A stretch of DNA of 64,000 bases from Lobosporangium transversale (GCF_002105155.1 NW_019029021.1:310001-374000), one strand, 5' to 3'. Positions 12,937 through 27,079 are shown, counted from the first letter of the stretch. Notes: generated by a model from the sequence alone, not told the origin. A program made the numbers and translations.

Positions 12937-14255
12937 CCAATCGTTTTCTCTATAAAACTCAATGATTATACATGCTCTAACTGAATTAGATGCAAAATCA
13001 CTCGTCACGATCGAGGATGCTTTTAAAATCGGTACAACACATCTAAGCTTTTTATTTGTCCCTTGTGCCGTTAATGCTCTGATTTTCAGTCATATTTGTC
13101 AGCGATACTCTATCTCTTTCACTTATAATAGTATTATGATATTACTATAAGTGCATAACAAAATAAGATGCCATAAAATCTTCGATAGATAGGCTCACTG
13201 AAACAGCTTTCTTGAGCCCTATACTGTAAATGTGTAAGCTTACAGGTCGATTGATAAAGCTTTTATAGATGTTACATTTGAGTTGTTTATCCAATATCTT
13301 TTTTCAGGTGGTTGCACTTTTTTTCCAAATTGCAGTCTTTAAAAAACGCTATCTACTATATGTTACCTGGGTACTATAGTAATTAAGGATACGATGGTGA
13401 TACGATTATACTTTTTTATGATGCCTCATTCCCCTTCCTCTTACACTTCATTTTCCTGTCTTTTATGGCTATCAAGATACCTTTCATTTCTTGCTCCCTC
13501 TGTTTATTTTTGCGCAAATGGAAGTGATAAGGTTGTTGACAGAGTGAGCTCTATCGTTGATACTTCCCACACTATAGATATTTCTACTTCACTGAACGAA
13601 CTCAGCGCCAACCAGCTTCCTCTGAGAGTACCTAGAAGGATCTGCGGTGTGCATTCTTATAGTCCAGTGGCCTAGGGCCACTAGTGCGTCTCTGTCTTCC
13701 TAGGGAAGGTGTACTGATCGTAATAGTGGTATGCAAGTGAATTACTAAAGAGCTGGGCTTCGTTCAATTTCTAACCATTTTTAAGATTGTGCTGTTTACA
13801 AAATTAACTCTCACTCATAGTCACCCCTCACTCCCCATTTATAAATGGCTGTGAATAAAGTAATGAAGCAATGCGACCTTTGGCTGTACTAAAGCATGTC
13901 TGTCGCAAAAACCGTTGTGGGAAAACTACGTAAGTAACCTCTTCTAAATCAATTGAAAATCGTATTTAAGTCAATGAGGGCCCAAAGTCATTTTAGCTGA
14001 ACTACATCGAAGTATTTTGGGATTAGAAAAACGTTATAGCAGAGCATATTATGGTTACATCTTCCAAGGGCCTCAGAAAGCTATATCGAATGCATAGATC
14101 CCTATATGATATTCCCGATACATGGATGCTTGCAGGAAAACATATCAGGTTACGATGCAGAACTGCAAGTTAAAAAACAAATCACTCGACGCTTCCAAAC
14201 TGAGAATCCAGACATACATGTATTTACTGCGCTTAACAAAAACAATAACGTCATA

Positions 14256-15668
14256 TTAGGAGGCTGGTGTGACCCTAAGTGAGCCTATGGCTCCATGAGA
14301 GGGTGGTATACCAAAGCTAGCATTAAGTGAATGGACGCTCGCTCGGTTTCCAGCAGATATCATGGGCTGATAGTCATGATGCTGCGGAGTTACCTGCTTT
14401 TTGCCAGTCAGAACCTTCTTCCAACGCTGAACTTTGCCCTCAACCCAACGACCTATGATATTTCGTGTTGCCCTCTTCGGATCCAGAAAGTTCATACTGC
14501 ATTCAAATCGAAGTAAACGAAAGAATCGTGCGCCGCTGTTACTACTGATTTTGCTTGAATTAATAAATACCCTTTTCTTGGTGTCTATATTGATGAAAGC
14601 GTCAGATGGGCTCAAAAGCGTGGCGGTGCCTTTGAGTGAGGTATAATTCTCATTCCTAATACCGCTTGAGCCATCGCAGCCGTTGCAATTCAGGGCAGTA
14701 TTCTCTCCTTCGTCTTCAGTTTGCCCCAAAGTTTGAGCACGGAGGTCCTCTCGAATATCGAAGAAGAACCGCTCCCGCTTCTTTTTGGCATCATTCTGAT
14801 GATACTCCAGACTTGCCGTATCCTTTTGACATTTTCCTTTCCAAGAGGCTTCGTGGGATATGTCAAATGGTTCATAGCTGACCTGGTACTCTAGTGACCA
14901 TGGATAGTCCTGTAAAAAGCAGTATCGGGAGCCGTCTATCTGATGTATGCCTTCGTTGCGAATGTTAACTGAGCAGACTTTATCTAAAAAGTTCTTGAAG
15001 CCTTGATATCCCTTTTCATGTGGTGCTTGCGTGCGGGTCTGGCGTTCCTGAACTTTGGCTACTTCTGATTGGTAAACCCTCTCGACATTACTAGTCGCCA
15101 TCAGCTCGCTCTCTAAAGCAGGGGCATTAGACAACATAGGCTGTGTGGATACCGTTAGAACTGAGGACGACTTATGCACACCATCATTCATATGAAAGGT
15201 AGAGTACCGACCTTCGATGCACCGTATTTTATGGGGCGCAATCGCGGCATTCGACATAGAGTTGATGACTATTTCCTCTAATTGAGGGCTCTGTAGTGTA
15301 AGGCCACACTTAAATTGATGCTGATGGTCTTGAGTTTGTGGACGAAAGACGACTCGATCCCGCTTTAGATCATAGTGATCGAAGACAAACTTGATTCCAA
15401 TACGGCGAACATATTCTTGATAAAAAAATAATCGCAGAGACTTTGATGCAATGACCGTTACTAACAAAGGAGCTACGAGCGTACGCATGTAGGTGGAAGT
15501 GTTGTAAAGACTGAACAGGTCGAGTGTAGGAATAAACCCTAGAATGAGGCCCCATAATTCCGTTGGAAGCATACATTGGTAACTTTTGATATGAGTTTTT
15601 GCATGGTCATTAGTTTTATTTTTTGTAAGGGTGGGGGGTATTGAACGAGAATGTCTTGATACTGGCAT
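14256..15668 (-). CDS. F-box domain protein
   Basis: Long ORF; F-box 'LPTELWGLILGFIPTLDLFSLYNTSTYMR' near the likely start MPVSRHS (ATG 15668). Confidence 0.75.
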   Translation of the reverse strand: MPVSRHSRSIPPTLTKNKTNDHAKTHIKSYQCMLPTELWGLILGFIPTLDLFSLYNTSTYMRTLVAPLLVTVIASKSLRLFFYQEYVRRIGIKFVFDHYDLKRDRVVFRPQTQDHQHQFKCGLTLQSPQLEEIVINSMSNAAIAPHKIRCIEGRYSTFHMNDGVHKSSSVLTVSTQPMLSNAPALESELMATSNVERVYQSEVAKVQERQTRTQAPHEKGYQGFKNFLDKVCSVNIRNEGIHQIDGSRYCFLQDYPWSLEYQVSYEPFDISHEASWKGKCQKDTASLEYHQNDAKKKRERFFFDIREDLRAQTLGQTEDEGENTALNCNGCDGSSGIRNENYTSLKGTATLLSPSDAFINIDTKKRVFINSSKISSNSGARFFRLLRFECSMNFLDPKRATRNIIGRWVEGKVQRWKKVLTGKKQVTPQHHDYQPMISAGNRASVHSLNASFGIPPSHGAIGSLRVTPAS

Positions 15669-18600
15669 CGTGCTCTTTGAGTTCTTGATGGAATGCGTGT
15701 TGCAAAGTAAAAAGGGTAAAAGGAAGGAAAGAACACAGAGAGATGAAAGGTACATATAAAAGCTCATAGGAACTGTAACGACACATGTTATATCTACACA
15801 GCGGAAAAAGTTGCGGCACTCCAAGGTAGCTTTGCTATGGAGCAAATAATCAAATATGCCAGCTATACACTACATTCCATGAAAGGCTGGACAACAAGAG
15901 CGATTAATTCAAGCCACGCGCGCAAGCACTGGCTATTGACTGGATGGGAGAAAAAAGAAAAATAGAAAAAAAAGAAAAAGGCACAAAGTTTCAAGGTTCG
16001 TCACCAGTCTGTGCATTACACAGACTGGGACTAAACTCAACGTTTTTCTTTTAAAGTCACACATACCGCGGGGGAATGGCATCTTTTCCGAAGCCCATAG
16101 TATGTCCTTGGTCCCAGCCTCTCGGCGAGTGTTGGTGCATTACACAAAACCACACAGATTGTTGACGAGCCTATAGGCGACTGTTCGGACTCCATCTGAC
16201 ACTGTATAAAGACCTGAACACTGCCACATGCTATTGACTACTCTACGTCCCTTAAACAATATTCTTAGCATACATCTGAACTTTTGCAAGGGATGTGTCA
16301 ATACTTCGACAAACATGTAACATTTAATGGCTACATCACAGCCCTTGGATTGTGGAAGCGCTGAAAGTATGCGGAAAACGGGAACCATTTGTGTTTTTAC
16401 TAGCAACAAGCGTGGTTTCAAAAAGTTTGCCCCAAGGAACAAATCCTATATCCTTGATTGCTCAAAAGAGACAATGTTGTCTTTTCTGCACCCCAAAAGC
16501 TCGCCATAATCCTATTGAAGCGTTCAGAGGCATTATTTGCCTCATGGTTTGAGGATTAGCAGACTTTCAATCAAGTTATATTGTTTTGAACAACACAGTA
16601 AATCCTGTCAATTCGAAGTAGTCCCTCTGGATGGCAGCAATCCAGGGGATGCTAATTATTTCCGCTAAATTGTGGTGAAATCAGAGCAGATTTGGAAAAC
16701 CAACAAGCATCGAACAGTCGCCATAAACTAAGCTGGAACCAGTAATCACCGTTTATTTAAATAATAACTGCAAATTCAGAACCAGTCGGTTGGTGAAACC
16801 GCATTTTTGTTCCTCAAAGTTATCTGTCTGTTCGCTTTTTAGTTGGTCCTTTTCAATTACAAAGATTTTGTTAAGCAAACCATGTATATTTGAAAGATCT
16901 AACCAAGAAGAGCGAGCAGCACAGATCTCTGCTTGCAACAAAAATATTCGATTCCTGACTACATGAAAAAAAAAAAAAAAAAAAAAAAAAGATATCCTAG
17001 CCCCTCTGCTCAGACGTATATCGTGTCGACACACTTTGAAACCTTCATTCTTTCAAAATGCGCTTACGGCTCTTAATAGAGCTGCACTCACACTGCTTGG
17101 CATATCGCTCAGTTTGCTTAATGGTTCTGTTGGCAGGACTTGAACCCAGCAAGGCAAACAGGGCAATAAACGAGGTCGTTCACACTATCACCTTGACAAG
17201 CACACGCCAAAAAAAAATTCAAAACTGAAGTCCGCTCAGACAAATCACTAACAAGTTGAGACCCAGGCTAGGCATGCGCTTGAATCACTCTACTCTTAAG
17301 AAGCTGCCACCTTCAAGGCAATATTCCTTGGATATGTATAGTATGTGTTGGGCGAGCCTCAATGGGCTATGACTATTCACCTTGTGCCACCATTTCCTAA
17401 GCGATGCTTATTTCGATTCGTCATGGTGAATTGCTCAGCACAGCTATATTGTCCGATTTAATTCATATGTGCGAAAAGGCACTCGACGAAGAATTAGTGA
17501 TCCCGACAAGCCAGCCCGAGTCAGAGTGATTTATGGATGGGGGAAACATTGCAGCGCTATTTTCATTGACCCCTACTTCTCCTACCTGCTCTTGCTGCTT
17601 CAGCTAATCATCTCATCTTTTGGCTTTTTTCTTCACGTCTCTTCTCAGTCCCATTTTCTGGAGTCCACACAACAGGTGCAGTGTCAACATGCTCAACCCG
17701 TCAAGTCTATAGCACTTTGAACTTTTCATCTTCGACCTGGTTGCACCAACCAGACATTTTACACACCTATAAGCGTTCGATCGAGCTCTGCGCCGCCGAT
17801 GATCAGCTTAAGCAAAAAGAAGTGTAGTGAAGGCGAATTGAAGAAATCAAACTAATACGAACTTTATTTTTCTTTTTACTGTGAAATCCAGGACCACACC
17901 TCCAGCGTTTCTAAAGTTTTTTTGTCGAGGTATAACATCGCTGCGAACAACAACCAATCCACTATCTTATTAATTGTGTAAGCAAAACAAATGTCTGAAT
18001 ATAAGGCAGGACGCCATTATGATAGCTTGGATATGGGTTGACCTCAGAAGCACCAGCGCCATTGGATAATTGAAGGCAGGAGTTGCTTCTTGAAGTAAGG
18101 ATCAAAGCGCAGGGTTATTCCAAAGATACACAAAAAAAAAGGGAGAAGATGTGAGGGAGGTGTGCAAGATTTTTTTTAAGTCCATGCTAGGATTAAATCT
18201 CACAATGCTTGAGAAATTCCAATGTTTATTTGCCAGAAAGGAGAATTTGGACTCTTCACTACCAACCTATTACAAGGCAAGCCTTGGCCAAGGTTGTCCA
18301 CGGAAATTTAAATGATTCATTGAATGTAACTGCAGGCGCCGGCCTTCAAGGAAGCGACTAAGAATCCATCACTAGTCTGTCGGCGCAGGATATCCTATAA
18401 ATATTAGAGTCCGCGGAAGAAGACCGAGTATCCATCGAATACTACTGACGTCATAGCCGCGAAGTAACTCCTGAGTCTTAGGCGGCCCTGCCTACAAGCG
18501 CCAGAGCTCGACTTGGTCATGGCTAGAGTTTCCAGTGGCCATGACTGGAGAGGGACCAAAGGAGGACTGCGGCTGAGTGGGAAAGACCTTCAGTTGGCGG

Positions 18601-20019
18601 TGATATGTATACCTTTTACGAGGCGTTCTTGGGATGTTCCTGAACTTGGCAAAATTATAAGCTTTAATATCTTCCAATTGATTGAACAAAGAACTTCCTC
18701 TCTACTGGCCTACTGGTGTGCGGACAACATACGATGGTACCGCAGCTGCAAAAAGCAATACAGAATGGATAATAATGTCTTCATAAGCGCCAAATGCTGA
18801 ATAGATGAGATTAAAAACAATGGACTACATTGACGGAAACCCAAGGGTTACTTTATCATTTAGTGTGTAGTTTTAATTTCGTGAAGGGATCACTGGAGAC
18901 ATGTGAGTTTTCTAGCTTTGTACATCATCTTTATACTACTTCTTGCAATATATTATATCGGACAATAGACCGATAGCTTACTTAAGCTCCATACATCCCA
19001 TATGTAAATCCTTCCGACTTGCCATTTAGAAGAACCTGGATGGCAGTAAGAATGAGACAGGAAATAGACAAAGTGGGAAAGAAATATTCCATTCTGTCAT
19101 TATTTCTTGTCATGTGTATACCAATAGCTTTTTGGAATATCATTTTATTATTTTATTTGTTGTAAGGTGCTTCCAACAAAGAGTTGAGTACACTTCCATC
19201 ATGCGCACAACCTTCAGATCTCTCACAGTGTGAAAGAGAAAGAAAAGTGAAAGCAAAAGCTGAGAGAAATGAATGTGGCTAGTCTAACTTAGGTATATTG
19301 GTGACATTATTCGATGGCCAAATTGTTAGTTTTCTACATCCAGGAAACAGTGCTCAATTGCTGTGGACAGAGGCAATGCTGTTCCTCTGTCATGTCCGCG
19401 CCCCGATCATGATAAGTATAGAATGTTTACAAGCACATGTGTCTGACATCAATGATCATTTCGGACAGCCTTTCGAGGACACTCTTCCACCGTTTTTGCT
19501 ACCGCAACCACAAGTAGTGAGTTTTCTGCTAAGTTGTCCAGACGAAATAATGGATGCGCGCAGGATCTGTCTCAACGGGCGCACCTTTTTACACGTGATG
19601 AATAAATGTTCCAGACAAAAGAGCCTGCGATGTAGCTCGGCAGCCATGTCAGAATGTGGGGGTGGCACCATGTGCGTGATGCTCAGGTCATTTTAAGTGC
19701 AATCTGAATAAGGTTGGGCCAAAAAGGGAAAAGGGAGGGGAACAAAAAATAGCCCTGAAAGATCGCGCTCGCTTCAAGCAGTGTCTCTTTACGCTGCACT
19801 ACGCGACCTCGGGTTCTGTTTCTGGGGTAGTCCATTCATCCCTTCTCCGAAAAGCTGAATGAGCCACTGGGAGGGGAGGATTTCTTTCCTTCTTTCACAT
19901 CTTTTTCCTCCACACTATTTTCTGATCCACTCCTTCTGCTTTCTACTATTCTTTCATAAAGATTGAAGCGTGCGATAGCTTTCTTCTCTTTCTCATTGCC
20001 CACATAGAATTCTACAGCA

Positions 20020-20156
20020 ATGACCCAAACACGCCCCATTCGTAAGGTTTTGATCGCGAACCGTGGTGAAATTGCATGCAGAGTCATAAAAACCTGCCGA
20101 AAACTCGGTATTGCCACCGTCGCTGTGTATTCCGAGAGGTAATAGCAAGAATGCCC

Positions 20157-20187
<31 letters not shown>

Positions 20188-21518
20188 GCTGTTGCCTTGC
20201 CCTCACATAATTTGAGGCATGTGGAGCCACTGTGTGCGATTTGTCTTTTGATTGTCCGCTCGGCTAAGCTGTTTTCCTTAATGGACTTGTGTTTACCCTT
20301 AGTGACCAAAATGCTCTATTTGTGCGGATGGCTGATGAATCCGTGTTCATCGGACCCTCTCCCTCCTCGGAATCGTACCTCTGTGGTGACAAAATCATTG
20401 ACGCCTGTCGAGTCACTGGTGCTGACGCTGTTCATCCAGGTATGTCTCTGTTACTGGTTTTTCTGTTGTGAAAAAAGTCACTTTACTGTGTATATAGCAC
20501 TCGGCTAACAGCCAAATATCCCCATCTCTAGGCTATGGCTTCTTGTCTGAGAATACAGACTTTGCTAGGGCCTGTACAGACGCTGGCATTAACTTCATTG
20601 GTCCACAACCAGAATCGATCCTTGCTATTGGAGATAAGGTATGCCATACAAAGAATTACTAGATGGACTTGATCATTTTTACCGATCTTGTCTACACCTA
20701 GTATTCACTTTCCATAACGATCTTTCATTTTATAGATCGCATCCAAGAACCTACTTGCCGCCAAGGAGCCCTCAATTCCATTGATTCCGGGCTATAATGG
20801 TGACGATCAAAGTATTGATAACCTGATTCAACAAGCAATCAGGATCGATTTTCCTGTACTTCTGAAGGCCTCGGCCGGTGGAGGAGGAAAGGGCATGCGT
20901 ATTGTGCGTGAAGCCTCAGCTCTGAAAGATGAGATTGAAATGGCCAAGTCTGAAGCACTGCGATCCTTTGGAAGCGACAATTTACTTATTGAGAAATACT
21001 TCTCAAATGCTCGCCATATCGAGATTCAAATTATGGGTGATAAACATGGCAACGTCTACCATTGCTTTGAACGCGAGTGTAGTATTCAGCGGAGACATCA
21101 AAAAGTCATTGAAGAGACACCTTCTCCAATGATGGATGAGAAACTCCGAAATGATATGACTTCAGCCGCCATCAAGATCGGAAAGCTCCTCCGATATGAA
21201 GGAGCAGGAACTATTGAGTTTATTGTTGTATGTCTTGTATGCAAAACGTACTGAGATGATGGCCGCTTTGTTTGTTCGCTTGTTAATTCTCTTTCTTTCT
21301 CTCAATTCAATGGTCCAATGGCACAGGATGACGCTACCCGTAAATTTTATTTTCTAGAGATGAACACCCGTCTTCAAGTAGAGCACCCTGTCACTGAGAT
21401 GGTGACTGGACTTGACTTAGTCGAGCTTCAGATCCTTGTCGCCCAAGGCTTTGATCTCTCCCAGACTCAGCTCCCTAACTTGCAGTTGAATGTAAAGAAA
21501 GCGTGGTTTACTTTTACT

Positions 21519-21554
<36 letters not shown>

Positions 21555-22806
21555 CAAGATATAATGGACCGAAAGCTTATGAAGTAACTTTTACACATTT
21601 GGTGCATGTGCATATAGGGCCATTCTATTGAATGCCGACTTTACGCTGAGGACCCTGAAAATGACTTTTTGCCTTGCACAGGCAAGATCCGTCGCTGGAA
21701 GCAATGCACTGCCGACAATGTTCGCTACGATAGCGGTATTGAAACTGGTTCTGAGATCAGCATTTTTTACGATCCCATGATTTCCAAGATTTCTGTCTGG
21801 GCTCCTACTCGCGATCAAGCTATCCAAAAGATGGCATTAGCCATGCGCGAAACGGTAGCGCTTGGTCTGACTACGAACCGTAAATTTTTGATTCAAGTGC
21901 TTCAACACCCACGATTTCAGGCAGGTAGACTCTCGACCAGATTCATTGATGAGGAGGCAATCCACAAACAAAATGCAGCTCCTCATCCTGATGAGGATCG
22001 TCTTGCGATTGTCCCCATGCTATGGGGTTGGTATTTGCGCGAGCAAGCCCGTACGGAGCTCAAATACATCCCAAGTGGATGGAGGTATGTCAAGCATAAG
22101 AAGCAACAGGACGGTTATGTGGGCGAAAACGCAGAGCGGACGATTGAGCTTCAATATGAACACTTGGTCAAGCCTGGAGGATGGGTCCCTCCAAACCAGA
22201 AGTTGGCAGAGAAGAAGTTTGATGTCCTTTACCGAGCTGTTGTTGCTGGTCAAGAGCCCGGCGAATGGCGCACAGCCAAGGTTGGCTTAGGGAAGGTACT
22301 CGTTGAGGAAGATGATCTTGGAGAGCGTAGTGGTGTCCTGCGCTGCACCATCGGTAAGCAACGTTACTGATGGTCTCTAAGGTCTAATGATTACCTTACT
22401 CATCTGTGGCGAAAATTAACCGTATTGCGTCTATGTATTTTTAGATGGGGTAACTCGCGACTATAACATCGCCAATGGCTCAATTGAATTTAATAACACT
22501 GAGATCTATGTGCATACAAAAGATTTTGGAGGCAAGCAGATCCTGTTTGTGCGTAAGGACAAGCTCAAGAGTACGGCAGAGGGCGAGGATGATGTGCATT
22601 CACCATACACAGCCCCAATGCCTTGCAAGATTCTTAAAATCCTAATTCCTTCCGGAACAGTAGTTAAGAAAAATCAAGCAATTCTGACAATGGAGTCGAT
22701 GAAGACAGAGGTGCGCCTGTATGCACGCCACGATGGCACCCTCAAACTAAATGTTGGAGAAGGCGACATGATTGAGGCAGGCACAACTCTTTGCGATATT
22801 CAATAA
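20020..22806 (+). CDS. Biotin-dependent acyl-CoA carboxylase alpha subunit (methylcrotonyl-/geranyl-CoA carboxylase-like; BC + BCCP), multi-exon
   Basis: '[14 protein letters not shown]', '[10 protein letters not shown]', '[12 protein letters not shown]', '[16 protein letters not shown]', '[16 protein letters not shown]', 'YDPMISK' and a C-terminal biotinyl domain 'APMPCKI...ESMKTE'. Confidence 0.9.
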
Positions 22807-23214
22807 TGTAATGGACATTGGTGTGGTTGAATAAAGTAAATAAATCAGTCAAATGCGAAATGTTGGGCCACAAAGTTCTTGTCCATATCCATTTTAATTT
22901 TAATACAACACAAACACATGCAACTCAACCCTTGTCTTTTTATTCATTTCATTTCATGTACTCTCTGTTTATCACACGGCAACATACTCTTTGCTTTGCC
23001 TCATCCCTCGCCATTTAATTAGAATTAGAAATTCTACTCCTCCATTGATTCCACCACATTGCTAATCCCCTCCAACATTACAACAAGCTCCTTCTCTCAT
23101 AGAGCCTTTTGATCTTATCATACAGACAAAGAAGAAAAAACTTTTTATTCTGTTGTTTTTCTATTCTTTTCTTGTCGTTTTTTTTTTTGCATTGCAGCAA
23201 TTTACACATACATC

Positions 23215-24722
23215 ATGGAATTGTCTGATAAAAACTACGAGTCTTCTTCTAGAAGCAGTCTTAGCATCATGAGTAATATCAGCAACAACTATGATATAGT
23301 CACCGGTACGTAAATCATTCTCAGGATCTTTTTTTTTTTTTTTTTTTTTTTTGGGCTCGAGATAAGAGCTAAACTGACAACTATCTTTCTTTGTCCAGAC
23401 AAGAATATGGAGTTCATATGGTGGATCGCTAATCGATTAACTAGCTATGACGAAGAGATGCATAAAGAGATACTTGAAGACTTTTTCACAGATGATGCCC
23501 GGTGAGTGTTGCTTTCTCAGTTTTCCTTTTCCCCGGCCTCACCAATAATTAACATGTAGACTTTGCATGTGATATGTCATTGTCAACATGAACATGTGCA
23601 ATATTCCAGTCATTATAAGCTTTTATTTTATCCACATAGAACTATACTCACCGCAAATTTAGCATGTGCAACCTCTATCATTTCCAGAATTCGCTCTTTT
23701 ACCAATTGCTAATGAAATTTCATTCGCGTCGTTTGTGCTTGGCCTAATACGATCTAGATATATTCATCCTACACTCACAGTAGAAGGCAAGTACAACATT
23801 CGAAAGGTCTTTCGCGTGTGGACTTCATTGAACAAGGACGAGCCTGAGGTCACAAACATTGTATTCGAGTAAGCTTATAAACCCCTCTCAGATGTTCACA
23901 CCTTCTTTTGGGACTGGGTTGTTGCATGGACAAAATAAAGGGACTAAATGAGAGTCAGAAAGTTATCATTTTCCTGCCATCTGCTGATGAGCAGCATTTT
24001 ATTAACGGACCCAATAAGAAACACTATGGTTTCTTCAATAGAGGTCCGAGCATTGTGCACCTGATTAATATCTACTCTCTTTGGAAATAGTGGACACACG
24101 GCCATAATCTCGTTGACTCAGAACTTGAGACCGCGCCTCTTTCCTTTTGTGCACCTTCAGATCCCTGCAACGACAACTCTACATTTTCGGGACTCCGAGA
24201 TTGGACCGATGATTTACAGTCAGCAAGATTCGTGGACTTTGGAGGGCATTGTGCAGAGTATGCCTTTACTCGGCTGGTGGTACGATCACATTGTCCGGTA
24301 GGTTTATTGCAAACAATCTCCAATCCACTTTTATAGCTTATGGTTCCTTCTACATTTGTGTTAAACTTACACACTCTGGACCACCTGTTTCTGAAATCAG
24401 CAATATATTAGGATCTGTTTTGACAAGCGCTGGGGGGTTTTTGCACACAGCCAACCAAACGACAGAGTACTTGCAATTTAGAGCTGAAGAGGTTCAAAAG
24501 ATTTCAGCTGAAATCATTGAAAAATCCAGTGTTGAGATCCAACAGCGCTCAAAGGAAATGACACTTAGAGCACAAACCATGGTTGACCAAGCCAAGGATA
24601 CAGTCGAAAAGCGTGTAGCATCAGCAAAGGAAGAGGTCCAGAGGATGCGGCAAATGATGAGGCCGCAGATAGTTACTAAGGCTATCACTAGCTCTGCCAC
24701 TCTATCTGTAACAGCCCCTTGA
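23215..24722 (+). CDS. NTF2/SnoaL-like (SigF-like) domain protein with C-terminal coiled-coil, 5 predicted exons
   Basis: Spliced reconstruction: 'ILEDFFTDDAR/YIHPTLTVEGKYNIRKVFRVW...LHFRDSEIGPMIYSQQDSWTLEG'; canonical GT-AG junctions. Confidence 0.6.
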
Positions 24723-25256
24723 ATATACTGGCCTTCGATCCTTAATAATATACCTCTGACCATAGTGAATTTTAAAAATAAATAAATAAAAAAAAAATTG
24801 GACACATATGGAGTTGAAGGGTAACACTAGGATGTACTGATATGGAGCAGGAGACAAATGAATCCGACCGGTCGGTGCACTCCGGGTGGCTGTCAACATG
24901 CAGCACCCTGCGCCATTTGCTCATTCCTCCGCTGCGCAATTTCTATTCACTGCAGAAAGTCGGGATATTTAGTAAAATGAAACCCTGGCAGATCATATCC
25001 GGAACATCCAAATTAAGCATCTCCATTTCCCACGTTGCATTCAGATATAAATGGAAGCATGGACAAACTGTTTTCCTTCGATTGTCTTTCTCTCTCTCAC
25101 TACCTTCACTTGTGAAATATACAGCTACATTCCTAATTTTTCTCAAAAAAGCCATTACACTATACCCTTGCACAACCTTCCAGGAGCTGGTCCCTATTTT
25201 TTTCATTCTCCATTTATAATATAATATTAAACACTATGCGTCTGATCAAGCAAAAC

Positions 25257-25711
25257 ATGGATGATGCAGCAGCAACAGAAGCCATGCGTGGTGGTGCTAT
25301 TGGTGCTCTCAAGTATTGCACCGTGGCTTTGTTTGTAGGAGGAGTTCTTCAGGCAACCTGGCCCAGGTTTGCTGCAATCCGACCTCCTCAGAAGGTGCTT
25401 GAAGCTTGAGACACTACCAATGCCAAGATAATGAATCGTGAAAACCATGATTCATTAACATAATGAAACTCCAATAATTCTTTTCAATCAAATAGGGTTG
25501 GCTCATGGTTGCTGCGTTCCTAGGAGGATTTGGAAACGGATCCGATACAACATTCACTAATTTTGAGCGACGTGATCGGGAAATGCAAATTCGAATCGCA
25601 GAGCAGAAACGCCATGATATTTTGTATGGAAGTGAGGAGGAGAGGCGAAAGGTATCAGCCACTAACGCGACTGCTGCTTCCTCCCTCTCATCATCATCGC
25701 AGGCAGCATAG
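25257..25711 (+). CDS. Small two-helix membrane protein (probably mitochondrial; family not recognised)
   Basis: Exon 25257-25394, intron 25395-25495, exon to 25711 gives an in-frame MDDAAATEAMRGGAIGALKYCTVALFVGGVLQATWPRF...GWLMVAAFLGGFG... Confidence 0.65.
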
Positions 25712-25806
25712 AAAGCATCGATATCATTGAGTGTAATGGATAATTTTTCTTTGTCTTTAATATGTAAAATAAATAAATAAAAACCATTTATACTATGATG
25801 ACACGC

Positions 25807-27048
25807 TTAATTGTGTTCCACAAGTGCTCCTCCGGCTCCAACACCCTCACCATTTAAGGTTGTGTCCTCGCTAGGAATGATATGAAGGTGCGGATTATCA
25901 TAGAAGAATGCAATAGCACATATGACGAAGACCGCTAGCAATGCAATGCCCTCAAACCAGTTTGTTTCATGATCTGAGATAAGATAGTTGATTAACAAAA
26001 TGGAGCCTGACAAGATGACCACTTCCAATATTGTAAATCGGAAAGTCATTGGGACATCCATGATCCAACCAAGGAGCACCAAGATAGGGGTAACAAGCAG
26101 GGCAATTTGCATACAGGAGCCAACCATCAATGACACAGCCTTATCCATTCGATTAGCTCTGGCTTCCTTTATCGCAATGACCTCTTCTTGCAAGTCTGCG
26201 ATCAAGACAATTGGAAGTAAGATGAAGCCAACAAAGGAGTCGTTCAAATGAAGCTGTCTCCCTAGACTTTCAACAGCATGGACGAGAAAGTTGGCCGAGT
26301 ATATTTGAGCAGCCATCACAACAACAAAAGCAAAACCAGCGAACCAAAAGTGAGTGTGGCGTGTCTCGACCGTATGAGCTCCCTCGTGCTTGGCCTCGGG
26401 CGTGATCATAAAAGTACGGTGGAGAAGTTGATAGTAGAGGCAAATGCCATATAGCGCCAAGAGGATGATAGCCATGATCTTGGAGAGTGTGAGGATTCGA
26501 ATATCAACAAGCGTACGGATCTCCTGCGTTTGGATGTGGCGCTGGACTGGATCAGACAGCACGGGTCTCATATCTCTGTAAACTGAGGTCAAGGTCACAT
26601 CCAGGCCGATAGGGATAACATAGGCTATACAGGTTAGCATTAGGATGTGAACGCTTGTTTGGGTCGTTTCCTATTAAAGCGCAAAGCATTTGAACAAGAG
26701 TTACTAAAAATATCCCTGTAAAAAAAAAAGAAAAAAAAGATAGAATTGTTTACCAACCTTTTTCAGCTTTTGATGCTTGTTATGGATGCCTCCAACCAAG
26801 ATTGATATCCCCAACATCTGCAGTAACACGTTTTGTTAAGATTGGCTGGTGCACGATCGTTATCCTCAATAGCAATTGATAGAAGAAAAAATTTAAAGAC
26901 GCTTACCAAGAGTAGGTTGTTGAGGATGGCGCCGAGCATTGCTGCCTGAACTACGACAACCAAGCCTTTCTTGAGAGCGATAGCTGCGACAGCCAGCTCG
27001 ATGGAGCTGCTGGTCAACGCATCAAGCACGCTCACCACCCGCTGTTCC

Positions 27049-27079
<31 letters not shown>

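Noticed and set aside
17400..19150. Coding-like composition with short broken ORFs (possible decayed gene)
   Set aside because: No recognisable motif or consistent frame; cannot support a call without a translated search.
19298..19696. 132-aa TTG-start ORF upstream of the carboxylase
   Set aside because: Non-ATG start, no motif, lies in a probable promoter/intergenic region.
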